64,000 nucleotides of DNA from Blastocladiella emersonii ATCC 22665 (GCA_025594325.1 JANHCV010000004.1:372001-436000); one strand, 5' to 3'; numbered from the stretch's first letter, positions 22,369-35,611 are shown. Program-made: numbers and translations. The notes: a model not told the origin generated them from the letters alone.

Positions 22369-25300
22369 ATGGTACGTTCGCGCTATCTTGCTCGTCTGCC
22401 CTCCCGACGGCCCGCGCGCAGCATGCGAACAGGACTCCGTTGCTGACTTGTTCGTGACCCTGCGCGTAGGCTTCTGAACTCGGCCACGAGTCGCCGCCGC
22501 TCGATGGCGACGGCGCTTCCGCATCCGTATCTCCCGCTCCCGCTCTCTCTCCCGCTGATGTGACCAAGTCGCAACGGCGCAACCGCGCGAAGCGGGAGCG
22601 CGAGAAGGCGCGCAAGGCTGTCGCCCCTACACTAGCGGCTGCCCCGCACCCGCAACTCCATGGTCCCTCCTCGCACATGGACTCGGCCGTCGATCTCACC
22701 GCTGCGCCATCCGCCCTGCCCTTCCCGCGCGCCCCGGCGGTTGCCGCTACGGCATCCACCTCGACCGCCGCCGTCCTGCCCGCGTCCGTCATCGCCTCCC
22801 TGCACCGGCTGTCGGCCGAGATCCTCGCGGGCGACGACGACCCGCAGCCCGCGCCAGCGCAAGGTCCTGACCCTGTACCCGCACCCGCACCCGGCCCCGC
22901 TGCCCACGCCGTCCCTGCTGCGCACTCCGCCGATGCCGCCGACTCGCGTGCCGCCATGGACGCTGCCGAGCTGCTAGTCGGGCGGTACCTTCGAGACCTG
23001 CTGCGCGACGGCGCCCAGGGCAGTCGTGCCCGCAACGTGCCGCAGCAGCTCAAGCACCGTCACGTCGTCTCGCAGCTCACCGAGTGGGTCGACTCGGTGA
23101 TGCGGTCGCCCGGCTTCCGCATGGTCGTCAACGGCATGGACGCTGCGTCCGCGGCTGCCGCCGTCGCGGACCTCGCGGCCCTGGCCGAGGCCGAGGACGC
23201 CGCCGACACGGCTGCCCTCGGTCGCGCCAAGGTCGTCGAACCCGATCTCGATCCCGATCCCGAGCCCACGCGCGAGCCCGAGCGCAAGCGCAAGCGCAAG
23301 CGCAACCCCATCTGGAGCGAGGACGACGCGTGCGTCGACCCGTGGGAGCAGAGCAGCGACGGCGACCTCATGGACGTGGACGCGGGCGGGCGTGCCGGAC
23401 CCCATTTCGGTGATCTGCCCGCAGACGTACAGCAGCTCCGCCTGCGCCGACTCGCGCAGCTCATCTCCGACGGCGTGGCACGCGCACGCGGCGACTGCGC
23501 GTCGGCGTCTCCCGCTACCGGCACCGGCACCAACAACAACGACGCCGTCCAGCTGTCGGAGCAGCTCGTCGCCATGGCGCTGGTGACGCACCTGCGGCTG
23601 CTGGCCCTCGCGGTCACTGGCGGACCCGCGACCGGCGCCGCAGCCGCGGCCGTGGCCGCCGCCCCGCACGAGGACGCGAAGCGGCGCCAAAAGCAGCTGC
23701 TGTACCAGCACCGGCACCCGTACCTGCACCTCCTCGACGCGCTGCTCAAGGTCTCGGACGACGTGGTGGCGTGGCTGCTCGGTGACCTGGAGCTGTCGTG
23801 GGAGGCGTGGCTCAAGCTCGTCGGCCTCGCCAAGAACCACCCCGCGGCTCGCGTGCTCTGGGCGGCCATGGCCCAACAGCGCTCGACGTCGGCCGTCCCC
23901 CTCTTCCGCGGATACCAGTTCTTTGGCGCGCTGGCGGCGCTGTCGTGGAACGCGCCCGCCCTCGCGCGGTTCGCCAACCCGTACCCGGCCCGGCCCGGCT
24001 TCCTGCACGACGGCTGGACCGACGTCGTCCAGTGGGCCCGCCACGCGCGCTGCCGCCGCGCCAACCCGCAGACGCTCGTCAGCGAGATCCTGTCCCGCGA
24101 GCCCATCTTCGCCCAGGGCCTCGCCAACCTCAAGGCCCTGCCGTCGTCGGTGGCTCCCGCCGACACGCCGGAGCTGTTTCGCGCCGTCGGGCAGTCGCTC
24201 GACGTGCTCACGACGCACGACTGGAGCGGGACCTGCGACCCGGGCAGCGCCAGCAGCTACCACGGGTCCGATCCGCGGGCACTGGGCCAGCGCGAGCGGT
24301 TTGACGCGGCGCTGTCGACCCGCGTCGAATTTGTCCAGCAGCTGATCAACTCGCACGCGCTCGTGGTGGGTTACGTCGGCATTGGGCCGCACTCGTGGGC
24401 CGCCGTCATGTACTCGAACCTCGAGAAGAACAACCTCACGCAGCTTCGGCGACACCTCAACCAGCATCAGCAGCAGTGCTCCGTGTGGTGGACCACGACG
24501 CTCGGCGAGGGTACGCAACAGTTTCCTCGCTCCTTTTGCTGACTCTGATGGCTCGAACACTCCGCTCTATTCCTGCTTCTCCTCCTCGCGTGCAAGCACT
24601 AACCGCCCGGTCCCACCGCTATCGCCATCGTCGCTATCTAGTGCTCGCACGGAGCGCCATGCTGGGTCCGGATGCGCCGCGCAACCTGCCCACCGCGATC
24701 CGGGTGCTGCGCGAGTTTGTGCCCGCGGACAACCAGTTCGCCGAGGTGCTGCGCCGGTGCTGCCTCGACATCTACGAGGGGTTTGGCGTCGCGGTCCGCG
24801 AGTTCCTGGCCCGCCAGCAACGACTGCAGGTGCTGTCGCTCGTGCAAGTGCTCGTGGCTGCCCTTGACCCGAGCCGGGCGGCGACGGCGGCGTCGGACAC
24901 GTTCGGCGTCGTGCTCGCGCTGTACATCAGCGTCGCCGACCGTGACCGCGACCACTGCGACCACGACCACCACGACGACGCCAAGGCGAGCGCAACAACC
25001 GGGCCGCCACGTACCGCAACTCGGGCGACACCGCCGCCGCGGCCGGCGCCCGCGCCTACCTCGCCGCGACGCTGAGCGACCCGTCCGTCGTGCGGCTGAC
25101 CGTCAAGGTCCTCGGTGCGGCGTCGCCCGTGGCGGGGCGCCAGCAGGAGGTGCTCGACCAGATTGCCGACAGCGGTGCGGCCGACCTCCTCCTCTCGGGC
25201 ATGGTCGTGGCCTCGCTCGGCGGCGGCAATCCCGCGACCCTATCGTCGTGCGCCGTCGACTTTTCGCCGCTCGCGCCGCTCCCCCACGGCGTCGGCGGCG

Positions 25301-26016
25301 GCAGCGACGGTGCCTGCCCGCGATCCCCGCCGTGCCCGCTGCAGCAAACCCCCGCGTGGCGCCACACGTTCGAGCAGCTGCTGTCGATCCTCCGCGACTC
25401 GCTCGCGCCCAAGCCCATCATCTCGCTCCCGGACCCCGCCAAGGCCGCGATCCGCCGGTTTTTTCTCGACGTGCAGCGGCTCGACCCGCCGCCATCGCAG
25501 GCCGAGATCGCGGCGGCGGTGGCCCGGGCGGCGGCGACCCGTGCGCGCAACGGCGGTCGCGGGTACGTGGCCGGGTATCCCTACGGCCGCGACCCGCGCG
25601 ACCCGCGCGACCCGCGCCACAACCACGAGAACACCGCGGGTACTGGACCCGCGTGCCAGTGCGACGCTGCGGCCAAGCTCACCATGGCCGCGAAGCTGTG
25701 CGCCGTGGCGCCCGAGATGATCACGGGCCTGTTCACCACCACCGCCGACGCTAAGCCCGCCGATGCTAAGCCCGCCAACGCCCAGCCCGCTGACCTCGCC
25801 GACTTTGACCACGACGGCATGGACGTCGACGCGGGGGACGGGGTGTCGTGCGCCGGTCCGCCGTTGCTGCCGCGGGTCGTCGTGGCGCTCCTAGCGGAGG
25901 TGGCCCAGCTGCGGCAGCGCGAGCAGCGCGAGTGGCAGCAGCAGAAGCTCGACCATTCACGCCGTCGGCGCCGGCCGTCCGTGTTTCTCCCTCCTCGGCG
26001 TCGCGCCGCTGTGTGA
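22369..26016 (+). CDS. Uncharacterised ~1,100-aa protein, copy 3
   Basis: ATG 22369, intron 22372-22469 (GTACGT...GCTGAC...TAG) joins in frame to the 660-aa ORF. Intron 24511-24641 (GTACGC...CTAAC...TAG) joins to the 226-aa ORF. A -1 frame break near 24985 leads into the 308-aa ORF. Confidence 0.72.
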
Positions 26017-26221
26017 TTGACTCCTCCACCGTGTACTACCCTGCTCGCCCGCCTTCTGCGCTCGCCCGTACTCTCCCTCCCTACCCTACCCGACCCGACC
26101 TGGCATAGCACATACAACTCAACCGACGGTCTCTCTTCGGCATCTTCTTTGCATACTTGCTGCTTCCGCATATCTCGGGCGTTCTTCTCAGGATCGCGGG
26201 CAGCGGAACAAGGTTGATCGT

Positions 26222-26687
26222 GTCGATGGCCGGCGACGTGAGGTAAGGTGGAGTGAAAACGCGTCTCGCAGCGGTCACGCGATATCGCGACGCGTCGCCG
26301 CGCGTCAGTGTCTCCCGCCCGCTCGCTCGCTCGCCCGCGCGAGACGAGACGCCGAACCCTCACAAAACTAAAAAAAATGGCCAAAACATTGCTCGCTTTA
26401 ATCCTGCGCAAGCATGCGGAGCGGGCTGGAGCGGAACCGGCGCCAGCAACAAAAGGATGCTAGCTTCCTCGCTACGAACCCGGCCCCTCCCGTCGACCCC
26501 TCGTCCTGGCGGCGGCGCTCGATCGGGGATTGAACCTTTGTCCAAAGTTCGCCGCCCGTCTTTTCACACGCGCCCTTAGCCTACAGCGGCGTACCAGTAC
26601 GATCCATTCGACGGTGCCTGATCCCGCTCCACTAGCACCCTTCGATCTGTGGTAGGCGGACTTTGGCCAAGTCCCCGCGGGCCGCGG
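26222..26687 (-). repeat. Repeat R, variant 1, inverted
   Basis: Reverse complement of 2603..3068. Confidence 0.9.
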
Positions 26688-26949
26688 GCCACGGACATCC
26701 CGCAACACCAACACACGCGCACACGAACAATGCAAAGGGAGAATAAGATCGTCTTGAGTGTATCGAGTGGGAGAGAGGGAGAGGAGGAGGAGCGAGAAGC
26801 CACGGCGCAGCCGGGCTCTCGACACACAATGGAATATGCACAAAATCGACAATGGAGGGAGAGCCGCGCCTGCGACTCATGCGCACGGCCAGCCGTACAC
26901 GCACACGTCGCAAACAACTCACGCAGCAGCAGCAGCAACGCCATGAAAC

Positions 26950-28152
26950 TTAGTTGACGAAAAGCAGCTTGTTGGGCGTGCCCTTGGTGCCCGTGATCTT
27001 GTTGGGCGTGGCCTTGCTGAGCAGCTGCGACACGACCTGCGACACCGTGAACGACGGGTTGGCGCCGAGAATCAGGCTGGCCGCGCCGGCGACGTGCGGC
27101 GACGCCATGGACGTGCCCGAGATGGTGTTGGTCGCGCCGTTGTTCCACGTCGACGTGATGGACGACCCGGGCGCGATGATGTCGACGCACCCGCTGCCGT
27201 AGTTGGAGAAGGACGACAGCGCGTCCGTCTTGGTCGACGACGCCACGGTCACGGCCGACGGCTCGGACGCCGGCGACACGTTGCACGCGTCCTGCGACTC
27301 GTTGCCCGCGGCCACGACGGCCACCACGCCCGAGTTGACGAGCGACTTGATGGCCGCGTTCACGGCCGCCGATTTTCCGCCACCGAGCGACATGTTGGCC
27401 ACCGCCGTCTTGCCCGCGGCCTTGGCCTGCGCCGCGACCCAGTTGATGCCCGCGATCACGCCCGAGTTGGTGCCGCTGCCGTCATCGCCCAGGACCTTGA
27501 CCGCCACAACCGACGCGGCCTTGGCGACGCCGTACTTCTTGGACGCGATGGTGCCCGCGACGTGCGTGCCGTGCCCGTTGCCGTCGCCGTCGGACCACGA
27601 CGCGTCGGCCTTGAACCCGAACGTGGCGCGGCCCTCGAGCTCCGGGTGCGACACCAGCACGCCCGTGTCGATGACGTAGGCGGTCACGCCCGCGCCGGCC
27701 GAGTCCGGGTACGTGTAGCCCGCCGCGAGGTTGAGGTCGCGCTGGCCGACGCGCGTCAGGCCCCACGAGCCCGCGGGCGTCTGCGTCGCCGTCGCGTACA
27801 CGGTCGCATCGGCCTCGACGGCCGCGACCTTGCCGCTGGCCTGCAGGCGCTTGATGAGCCCCGGCGCAAAGGTGCCGGCGTAGCCCTTGAAGTCGCCCGA
27901 GATCTGGAACTCGTGGTCGATCTTGGACACGACGCCGCTGCCGTTGCCCGACGCCTCGCGCGCGTTCTCGGCAGCCACCTCGGCCTTGAGGGCGCGCGAG
28001 AAGGTCTTGAAGTCGGCGTCGCCCTTGAGCGTCACAATGTAGCGGTCCTTGAGCGACACGGGCGCGCGCACGCCGTTGTTGGGCGCCGCCTCGGTCGAGG
28101 ACGCCGTCGCGAGGACGAGCGCGAGCGCGGCAATGAGGGCCTTGATCTGCAT
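26950..28152 (-). CDS. Secreted subtilisin-like serine protease, identical copy 2
   Basis: Same 400-aa translation as 1138..2340. Confidence 0.96.
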   Translation of the reverse strand: MQIKALIAALALVLATASSTEAAPNNGVRAPVSLKDRYIVTLKGDADFKTFSRALKAEVAAENAREASGNGSGVVSKIDHEFQISGDFKGYAGTFAPGLIKRLQASGKVAAVEADATVYATATQTPAGSWGLTRVGQRDLNLAAGYTYPDSAGAGVTAYVIDTGVLVSHPELEGRATFGFKADASWSDGDGNGHGTHVAGTIASKKYGVAKAASVVAVKVLGDDGSGTNSGVIAGINWVAAQAKAAGKTAVANMSLGGGKSAAVNAAIKSLVNSGVVAVVAAGNESQDACNVSPASEPSAVTVASSTKTDALSSFSNYGSGCVDIIAPGSSITSTWNNGATNTISGTSMASPHVAGAASLILGANPSFTVSQVVSQLLSKATPNKITGTKGTPNKLLFVN

Positions 28153-30214
28153 GTTGGTCGATGGACTTTTAGCGTTCTAGCGGTTGCGTGTGCTGCTGCT
28201 GTAACTCTTGAGAGAGAGAGCGGGGGACCGGCCGGTACTTATCGGTTCCGCCGTGTCGTGCAGGGGTCGGAGGTCGAGGTCGGCGAGCAAAGAGTCGCGC
28301 GATCCCTTGCGACCCTGCCGTCGCCGTCGCTGACCCCTGCCGCATGACGAGGCGCGCGGATGCCGGCTGACCGAGTCCTCCACACGCGCACGCCATCGGA
28401 TCAGCAGAAGAGGTGATGTGGAGAGGTCACGGCCTCCGGGGCCGCGCGGATTCGCGTGCGCGCGGACGGTCGCCTGAGCGCGCGCACGCACCGCGGGGCC
28501 GCCGAGAACAACCTTCCCTTTCCGATCACGGAAGCAGCGGAAGGCTCTCGCACCGCTGTGACCTGTCCGCATGACCCTGGCGAACAACTGATGTGCGCGC
28601 GCGAGTTCGCGGGGCTCGGCGTCGGCTGGTCGCGTGGGATGCCCCCCCCCCCCTCACCGCGGCCGCCGTCCCGCGCGCGCGCGCGCGCAAGTCCGCTTGG
28701 GAATCGCGTCACGTCCTGCATGCGCCGTCCTGGAGGTGGCTCGCTCGTCGTGCAGGGACCCGGCGAGGAGCCCGTCGTCGTCGACCTCGCAGAGTCGCGT
28801 TCACCGGTCCGCCGCCAGCTAATCGCAGCCTTGGTGATGCGACGGCGACTCTCGTCAAGGACGACCGAGGGCTACAAGGTTGATGGGGCCGTTCTCGTCG
28901 AAGCGGGCGTGTGAGTGGTGGTGGTTGAGGTCGGTCGGGCGGCCGGTCAGTCTGTCGCCGCCGCGGTGGCGCTCCTCTCCCTCTGTCGACGACGACGCCG
29001 AGCCATGAGAGACAGAACGCACCCATGCTAAGCTGATGCAACCGTCTCGGCAACCGCTCATGTATCTCTGAGAGAGCTCCGCCGTCCGAATGGGTGCGGC
29101 GCCTTCTTGCTGTATGCCCGCGCGGTCTTTCGAGTCCGCCATCTTGCTGCACCTCCGACGAGGCCTCCGCACTCGGCCCGCCTTGTCGAGTCTCACGCTT
29201 CGCGTCTTCGGTGCGGCGGTCGGCTCGCACCGAGTGAGATCCCACCGTCCAGGTCTTGCCCTTCCGCCGCTGAACGGGCCGGGCGGCTGCGGTCACGCCT
29301 TGATCTTCGGTCACGGCAACGTTTGCGGGCTCGCAGGCGATATCGAACCCGTCGCTCGGCAAGTCTGTCGTGATTGCACGCCGTACACGGTGCGCGTGGC
29401 CTCGGGCCGCTTTTAGCGCCATGTCCGTCCATCGACAGGTGCATTAAGCGCGTCGAGAAGCTCTCGCCTGCCCGCCCTTGACGTCCTTGTTGAGCGGCTC
29501 GAACGCTCCAGCAACTCCTTGAAGCGCGGATCAGGTTCTCAGTCGTTCTCGGTCGCCTCGGCCGAGTTCCACGTCGACTTCGCGATCGCGCCCGAGTTGC
29601 TCTTGATCCTCAACTTGTTGTGCCGGACACTTGTGCTTCTCGCGGCGACGCGCGTGCTGTTCTACGAGCTCTGCGACCTGATTTTCGCCTTTGGTGTTTA
29701 CAAGGCCGTGCTTAACGTCCAGGGCGCCATGCCCTTTCCGCCATGATCCTTCACGCGCCGCGTTGCGTATGACGATACCGATCGAGGGCTTCGTCATGCT
29801 GCGGTCCCGACGTCTTAACAAGGATATTTTGGAGCAAGGCTCTATCATAGCGATGTCTGATCCCGAGACGGGCAAGATTGCTGCCGCGATCAACGGTAAG
29901 CCGATCTGGTCCTGTTCCGCGGGCTCGCTACGGTTAGAACGCTCGTCATCCAGCCACTCAGCTTGTAGTCGGTCACACGCTTTGACCGCATCGCGGGTAT
30001 GGCGCCCATCAAGGACGTGACGGCGCTCGGCAACGCGGTGCCGATTCGCGCGTTGACTGACGGGGCATCTCGCGTCGTAACCCGTATCGCTGCCACGGTC
30101 CAAGTCGCTCATGGCGCGCCAAGGACGAGTACGATAGCAACGCATTCATGATCTGCAAATGAACTTGCATTTGAACGAACGTCTAACAAAACCTGCTGCA
30201 GCGCGTGCCGCCGT

Positions 30215-33200
30215 CTACTCGCCAGCCGCTGCAGTATCCATGTCGAGCGCGACGCCGCCCGACTCGATGAACTTGAGCACCGCCGGGGCCTCCTTGAGCA
30301 GCGGTGCGGGGATCAGGTGCAGGACCGCCGTGAGCGTACGGGCCTCGCGGCGCAGCCGCTGAACGCCCCACAGGACGAACACGATGACAGCGGTCGCGCT
30401 GACGGCGAGCGTGGCGACAAACATGACGATGCAGAGCGCCGAGCTGTACGACAGGCGGCCGAGCATGTACCCCTCGAACCGGTCGTGCATGGCCGTCAGG
30501 CGCGTGAGGATGTCGACCGACAGCGCGAGCGAAAGCCGCCACGTGCGGTACGACGCCGTGGTGGTGTCGGTGATGTTGGTCGTCGTCATGGCCATCGAGT
30601 TGATGACCTGGTCCTCGGCGTCCATGAACCGCTGGATCACCGTGTCGAGCGGCAGCGACGCGACGGACCGCGTGAACCCGAACTCGGGCGCCTCCTGCAG
30701 GTCGGGGCAGTTGGCCGGCACGTTGCAGTCGCGCGGGTAGATGCAGTCGGCGGGCAGGATCGACGGGAACCCGTTGATGTCGCTGACGAGCTGTGCGTGA
30801 CCGGCAATCATGTCGAGCATCGCGGACCGGCTGTTGCGGACCGACGACGACGCCGACACGGTCGGGTCCGGCGAATAGTACTCGAGTGAGAAGAAGCGCG
30901 CCATGACGACGCTGAACCGGCGATCGCTCGACGTGACGAGCCGCGTCATGTCCGTCTGCAGCGACGACGACTGCACCGTGACCGTGAACATGCCTGCCGT
31001 CATGCCGCCGATCGCCAGGATCGCAGCCAGCACCATGAGCTTGAACTTGCGGCCGCGGTCCGTGGCGACCTGGCCCGACCCGGCAATGCGCGCCGACGGC
31101 GGCTGCTGCATCTCGCCGAGGCTCCCGCCCTCGAACTCGTCGCCGTCGGTCACCTCGCGGAACGACTCGATCTCCTCCTCGATCTGCGTAAGCAGGTTCG
31201 ATGCGACGCGCTTGGGTACGCTGCGGAGCAGGGTCGCGACGCGCTCCTCGTTGAGGAAGTAGCGGTGGAAGACCTGGTACGACGGCGCGTTAGTGACGAC
31301 ATGTGAGTCAGTGAGCAATGAAACAGGTACGCACCGAGCGGTAGACGATCATGCCCACGCCGCACAGGAACACAATGGACGACGCGCAGCACAGCATCAT
31401 GATGACGAGGTTGGTGCTGACCAGGTCCGAGTACTCGTTGACGCTGACGTACGAGATCGCCTTGAGCCCGGCAAACACATTGGGGAGGTTGTCGGTCAGG
31501 ATCCGCAGCTCGGGCGTCGAGGTCCAGATGGCCGGCGTGAAGGCGCCCGGAGCCGTGTACGCGAGCGTGAGCTGCGCGGACTGGAGCAGAATGCGGTAGA
31601 TGTCGAGCGGCGTCGCGTCCACGGCGACAAAGTTGTTGATGTTGGTCAGGAACCGCGCCTGGTACAGGCGGAACTTGGGCTGCGTGACCGTCGAGGCCGT
31701 GTCCCATGCTGCGAGATCAGGGAGCGCCGAGGACATGATGGCGATCTGGGTCCGAAGCTGCGCGACCGCACCGGCGACATAGTCGTAGATCTTGTACATG
31801 TTGCCGAACATGACGTTGCGCACCTGTTCACAGAATTGAGTTGTCAGCGGCAGTCATCGTGCGTACATCAGCGCCAAACAAGCGTACCGACTCGAGTGCC
31901 GTGGTCGCAGCCGCGCGCGAAGTGCGCATCAGTCGGAACCGGGCGAGCAGCGTCGACGTGCTGTTGAAGAACTGCATGCACGCGTAGAACCCGAGGATCA
32001 TGGAGCCGAGGAAGAGGAAGCACGAGACGATCATCATGGCGTTGGAGGTGAGCGGCCGCGACAGGCGCTCGAGCAGGCTGCGGCGCGTCTGCAGGGCCTG
32101 GCGCTGGGTCCGGCTCGCCGAGGTGCCCGACGTTTGCGACCCGGCGCGGCCCGCGTTCATGCGCGTGTTGTTGGTGACGAGGTCAAAGTCGCCGCCGCCG
32201 TCGCCTGCCATGGCGCCGCCGAAGCTGTTGTCCGCGTCCAGGTCCTTGACCTGAGCCACGCCGCCGTTGTTGAAGAGGGCCTGGCTGCTGTGCGAGAGCC
32301 GCTCGTGGAGCTCCACGGATGACACGGCCACGAGCCGGTCCGCAGGCGGGGTCTCGATGGATGCTTCCTTGGTCGGCTCGAGCACGGCCGTCGCCTTGAT
32401 CATCCGCGATCCGGCAATGGCCGGGTCCGAGGCCATGGCGGGCGGCGACGTGACGCGGCTCGGGTGCCGCGAGATCTCCTGAGTCTTGGCGCGCGACTCC
32501 TGCGTCTCGACTAGAGGATACAATTCGCGTTAGAAACGTCGTATCGCGACCGACCTGGCTGATACAAACCTTCTTCGGCGAGATCGAGGATCTGCGTGGC
32601 CTTGGCCGCGTCCGCCTCGACGCACGCGAGGAACTGGGCGTAGCTGCGCAGCGTGTTCTTGTCGCGCGGGTTGATCTCGAGCAGGCGCGTGTAGCAGCTG
32701 CCGGCGCCGGCCTGGTACACGGCGAGGCGGCCGACAATGTCCGTAATCTGGTGCGCGGGCGCCGACGTGCGGATGCTCTCCCACAGGTCGCGGATGAGGT
32801 ACAGGGACTTGAGGTGGTGGCCTCGACTAGTCGTTCGCGCGTGGGGGTCAGTGAGTTTTCCGCCTCGTCAATCCGATGTGGGCAACGTACACTTCACGCT
32901 CCAGCGAGTTGATTGACGCGCGGGTCAACACATGCTCGCCCTGGTCGCGCGCGGACCGCTCGCGAACGTAGACGAGGAAGGACACGTCGACGGGGCAGTT
33001 ACGCGTTGACTGCAGCTCGCGCATCAGCTGGTCCGCGGCACGCGCGCCCTCCTCCTTGTAGAAGGCCGACAGGTACGTCGCGGCGAGGAGCAGGAGGAGC
33101 GGGTCCTTGGGGAACTCGACGAGCCCGCGCTCGAGCAGCTGGAGACCGAGCGAGATCTGCTTGGCCGTTGGGTTCGACCGGATGAAGCGGATGCCTACGG

Positions 33201-35014
33201 AGGAGGAGCGAGTGTCAGTGGGCACGGTCGAAAGGGGACAGCGATAGGCGGTACGCACAGACTTCGACTTGTAGAGGCGAGTCGAACACATGAATCCGCT
33301 TCTTGGGCTGGCGCTCGCGCACGGCGTTCAGCGCGTCCATGGACGTGCCCTTGAGCAGCCCGTTGAGGATGTGGTCGGCGTTGTCCTGGACCGCGGCAAA
33401 CGACTCGAGGATCGAAGGCGCCGCGCTCGGCCGGCGGAGCCGCGCCATTTCCTTGAGGTTCGAGCTACCGTCGACGCTGAGCCGGCGCTGCGGGGTCGTG
33501 GCGCCGTGTACTGACAAGTTCTGGTTTCCCGTAGTCGTGGCGCCGTTCCCGTCGACCGCCGCGTTGCTACTGGGTCCGATTCCCGTCGACGCCGACGTCG
33601 TCCACGTCACGTCGACGACGAGCCCCGCGGGCCCGCCCGCGGCCGAGTTAGCGACCGACGACTCGCGCGTCTGCATTGGGGACTGGCGGCCGTCGACGAG
33701 CCGCGCGTCCTCGTCGTCGACGACCTCGGCGCGGACCACGCGGTGCCAGCACCGGATCGTCTCGGCGAGGTACCGGCGCGAGTACCACTTGGACACGGCC
33801 ATGCCGAAGAGCAGGCCCGCGAGCGACGCGATTGGGAGCGCGATCCACCATCCCGCGGGCGAGCCCGCGCCCACGACGACCATGGCGGCAATCGATGAGG
33901 CGACTGCCGCGACGGCGAGCCCGATCCGCGCGTGCGTCATGGCCGAGTCGTAGTACGGCTGCGTGCGTGCCATCTTGACGGCCAGGAACGAGAGCCCGCC
34001 CGCGACCAGCAGCATCTGCAGCCACTTGCCCTCGGTGTCCAGGTCGCGCGTGAAGTAGTCGGCGAACACGAACACGATGCGCATCGCGACGGCCAGGCAG
34101 TCGATGCGGCCGTGCGGCCGGGCCAGCGGGCTGTCGCTCGTCGGCGAAGTCTCGATAAACTAGACGAGCGGGCAGTGGCGTGAGCGAGCGCTCGAGCGCT
34201 GGATCGGACGTTCGTCGAAAGCGTACCACGAGCGACCCGATGACGATGAGCGGGGTAAAGACGAGGAGCCCGATCGCGTCGAAGATGAGCAGCCCGAGAT
34301 GCTGCGGCGAGGTGCACGCGATACCGTACTCGGGGATCACGCCGCCGATGCAATGGATCCCGCCGACAAAGAGCGAGGCGATCGGGATGCTGAGGGCCGT
34401 CATAGCGAGCGTCGCGAGAATGCGGAGGAGGCGGAGGGCCGGGATCGGGACCTTGGTCTGGCGGTGGGTCGCGAACAGAACGAATGCGATGAGGAGGACG
34501 ACCGTGAAGACGAGGGCGATGCCTGCAAGGACGCGTCGGGGAGGTTAGACGACGTGCGGCTCGAACACATAGATCGTGACCGCGTACCGACGGCGTTCGC
34601 GATCACGAAGCTCGAGTACGTGTTGAGAAAACGCGTCGGCTCCACGATGCCCGACAGGATCCATGGGATGTCGGGGACGATATGGTTTGTCCAGCTGAAC
34701 GACAAAAGCTGAACATCCTCGACGATCTGGACACAACGGGAGTGAGCGAGCAAATCGCGCGGAGCCACGTACCCGAGTCGTACCGTCAAACACCAGGAGA
34801 TGAGCGGCGGGAGCTCGTTGTCGCGCGTGGTGATGTACGCGACCGAGAACAAGGCCTGCTCGACGGCGTTGGTGCGGATCACGTTCTTGAGGTCGGCGCG
34901 CTTGCCGCCCGAGACAGACTTCTGGCCCCCGCCACCGCCGCCGCCGGTGACGACAGGGATTCCTGCTCCGCCGCCGTATACGGGCGTAGCTGCGCCCCTG
35001 CTGTGCGCCGTCAT
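30215..35014 (-). CDS. TmcB/TmcC-like multi-pass membrane protein (multi-exon)
   Basis: N-terminal ...IVEDVQLLSFSW and TM helices; GLQLLERGLVEFPKDPLLLLLAATYL; TPR-like CYTRLLEINPRDKNTLRSYAQFL...A.QILDLAEE; C-terminal TM pairs; several GT-AG introns. Family assignment from memory of motif patterns. Confidence 0.72.
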
Positions 35015-35580
35015 GGTGGCACGCGATCGAGTTGACGTGGCGGTCTAAGTCGAGCTGGATCGGTCACTAGACGCGTGGTGTTGCGTGGGCGGCACACTGG
35101 GAATAGAACGCGTGCGAGAGGGCATGGGGGAGAGAGTGAGCCGAAAGCGTTGCCGCGGGACGGGCGCGCGCGCGCACGCGGCTGCGACGCGACCCCGCCA
35201 GCGCCTTGTGTGCGAGAGCAGCTGCGAGACACACCGGAAAGACGCTGCGCGCGCGTGTGGAGACGGTGGCGCGCAATCACATTTGCTCCATGTCAATGCG
35301 GAATGTCACACACGGGCGGGCGACAATCGCATCTCGCTCGCCGTGTCTGCAGGCGCGACGGCCCCGTCTTTACGGGGAACCGCGGTCGAGAGTGCCCGCG
35401 CGGCTCTGGATCGTGGCGCCGAGACGGCCGTCTCTTTCCGCCGTTGCGCGCGGCCAGCAAAAGCGATGCTGGGAGACACGAGCTTGCTCGCTCGCCCTGC
35501 CGGCTCGATGCGATCCGCGCAAACTTTTGCACCTTGTGCGGAGGCAGGGATCGAGATTTTGCGTGTGTGTGGCGCTGGGA

Positions 35581-35611
35581 GACGCGTCGAGACGCGTCGC
35601 GTTGACGCGTC
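35581..35611. promoter_or_regulatory. Three clustered GACGCGTC (MCB-like ACGCGT) palindromes in the divergent TmcB-like/PPWD1 promoter
   Basis: gacgcgtc at 35581, 35591 and 35604; function inferred. Confidence 0.35.

Larger units (their letters stand above)
19600..29289. repeat. Right arm of large inverted duplication (~9.7 kb visible)
   Basis: Reverse complement of the left arm minus one 5801-bp unit; identical translated ORFs throughout. Confidence 0.97.

Noticed and set aside
1-29289. Starship, Polinton or endogenous virus interpretation of the amplicon
   Set aside because: No tyrosine recombinase, pPolB, integrase, capsid or packaging ATPase motifs were seen.
29290-30150. ORFs 28709..29422 and 29531..30145 as genes
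   Set aside because: No recognisable motifs, splice structure or host codon bias.
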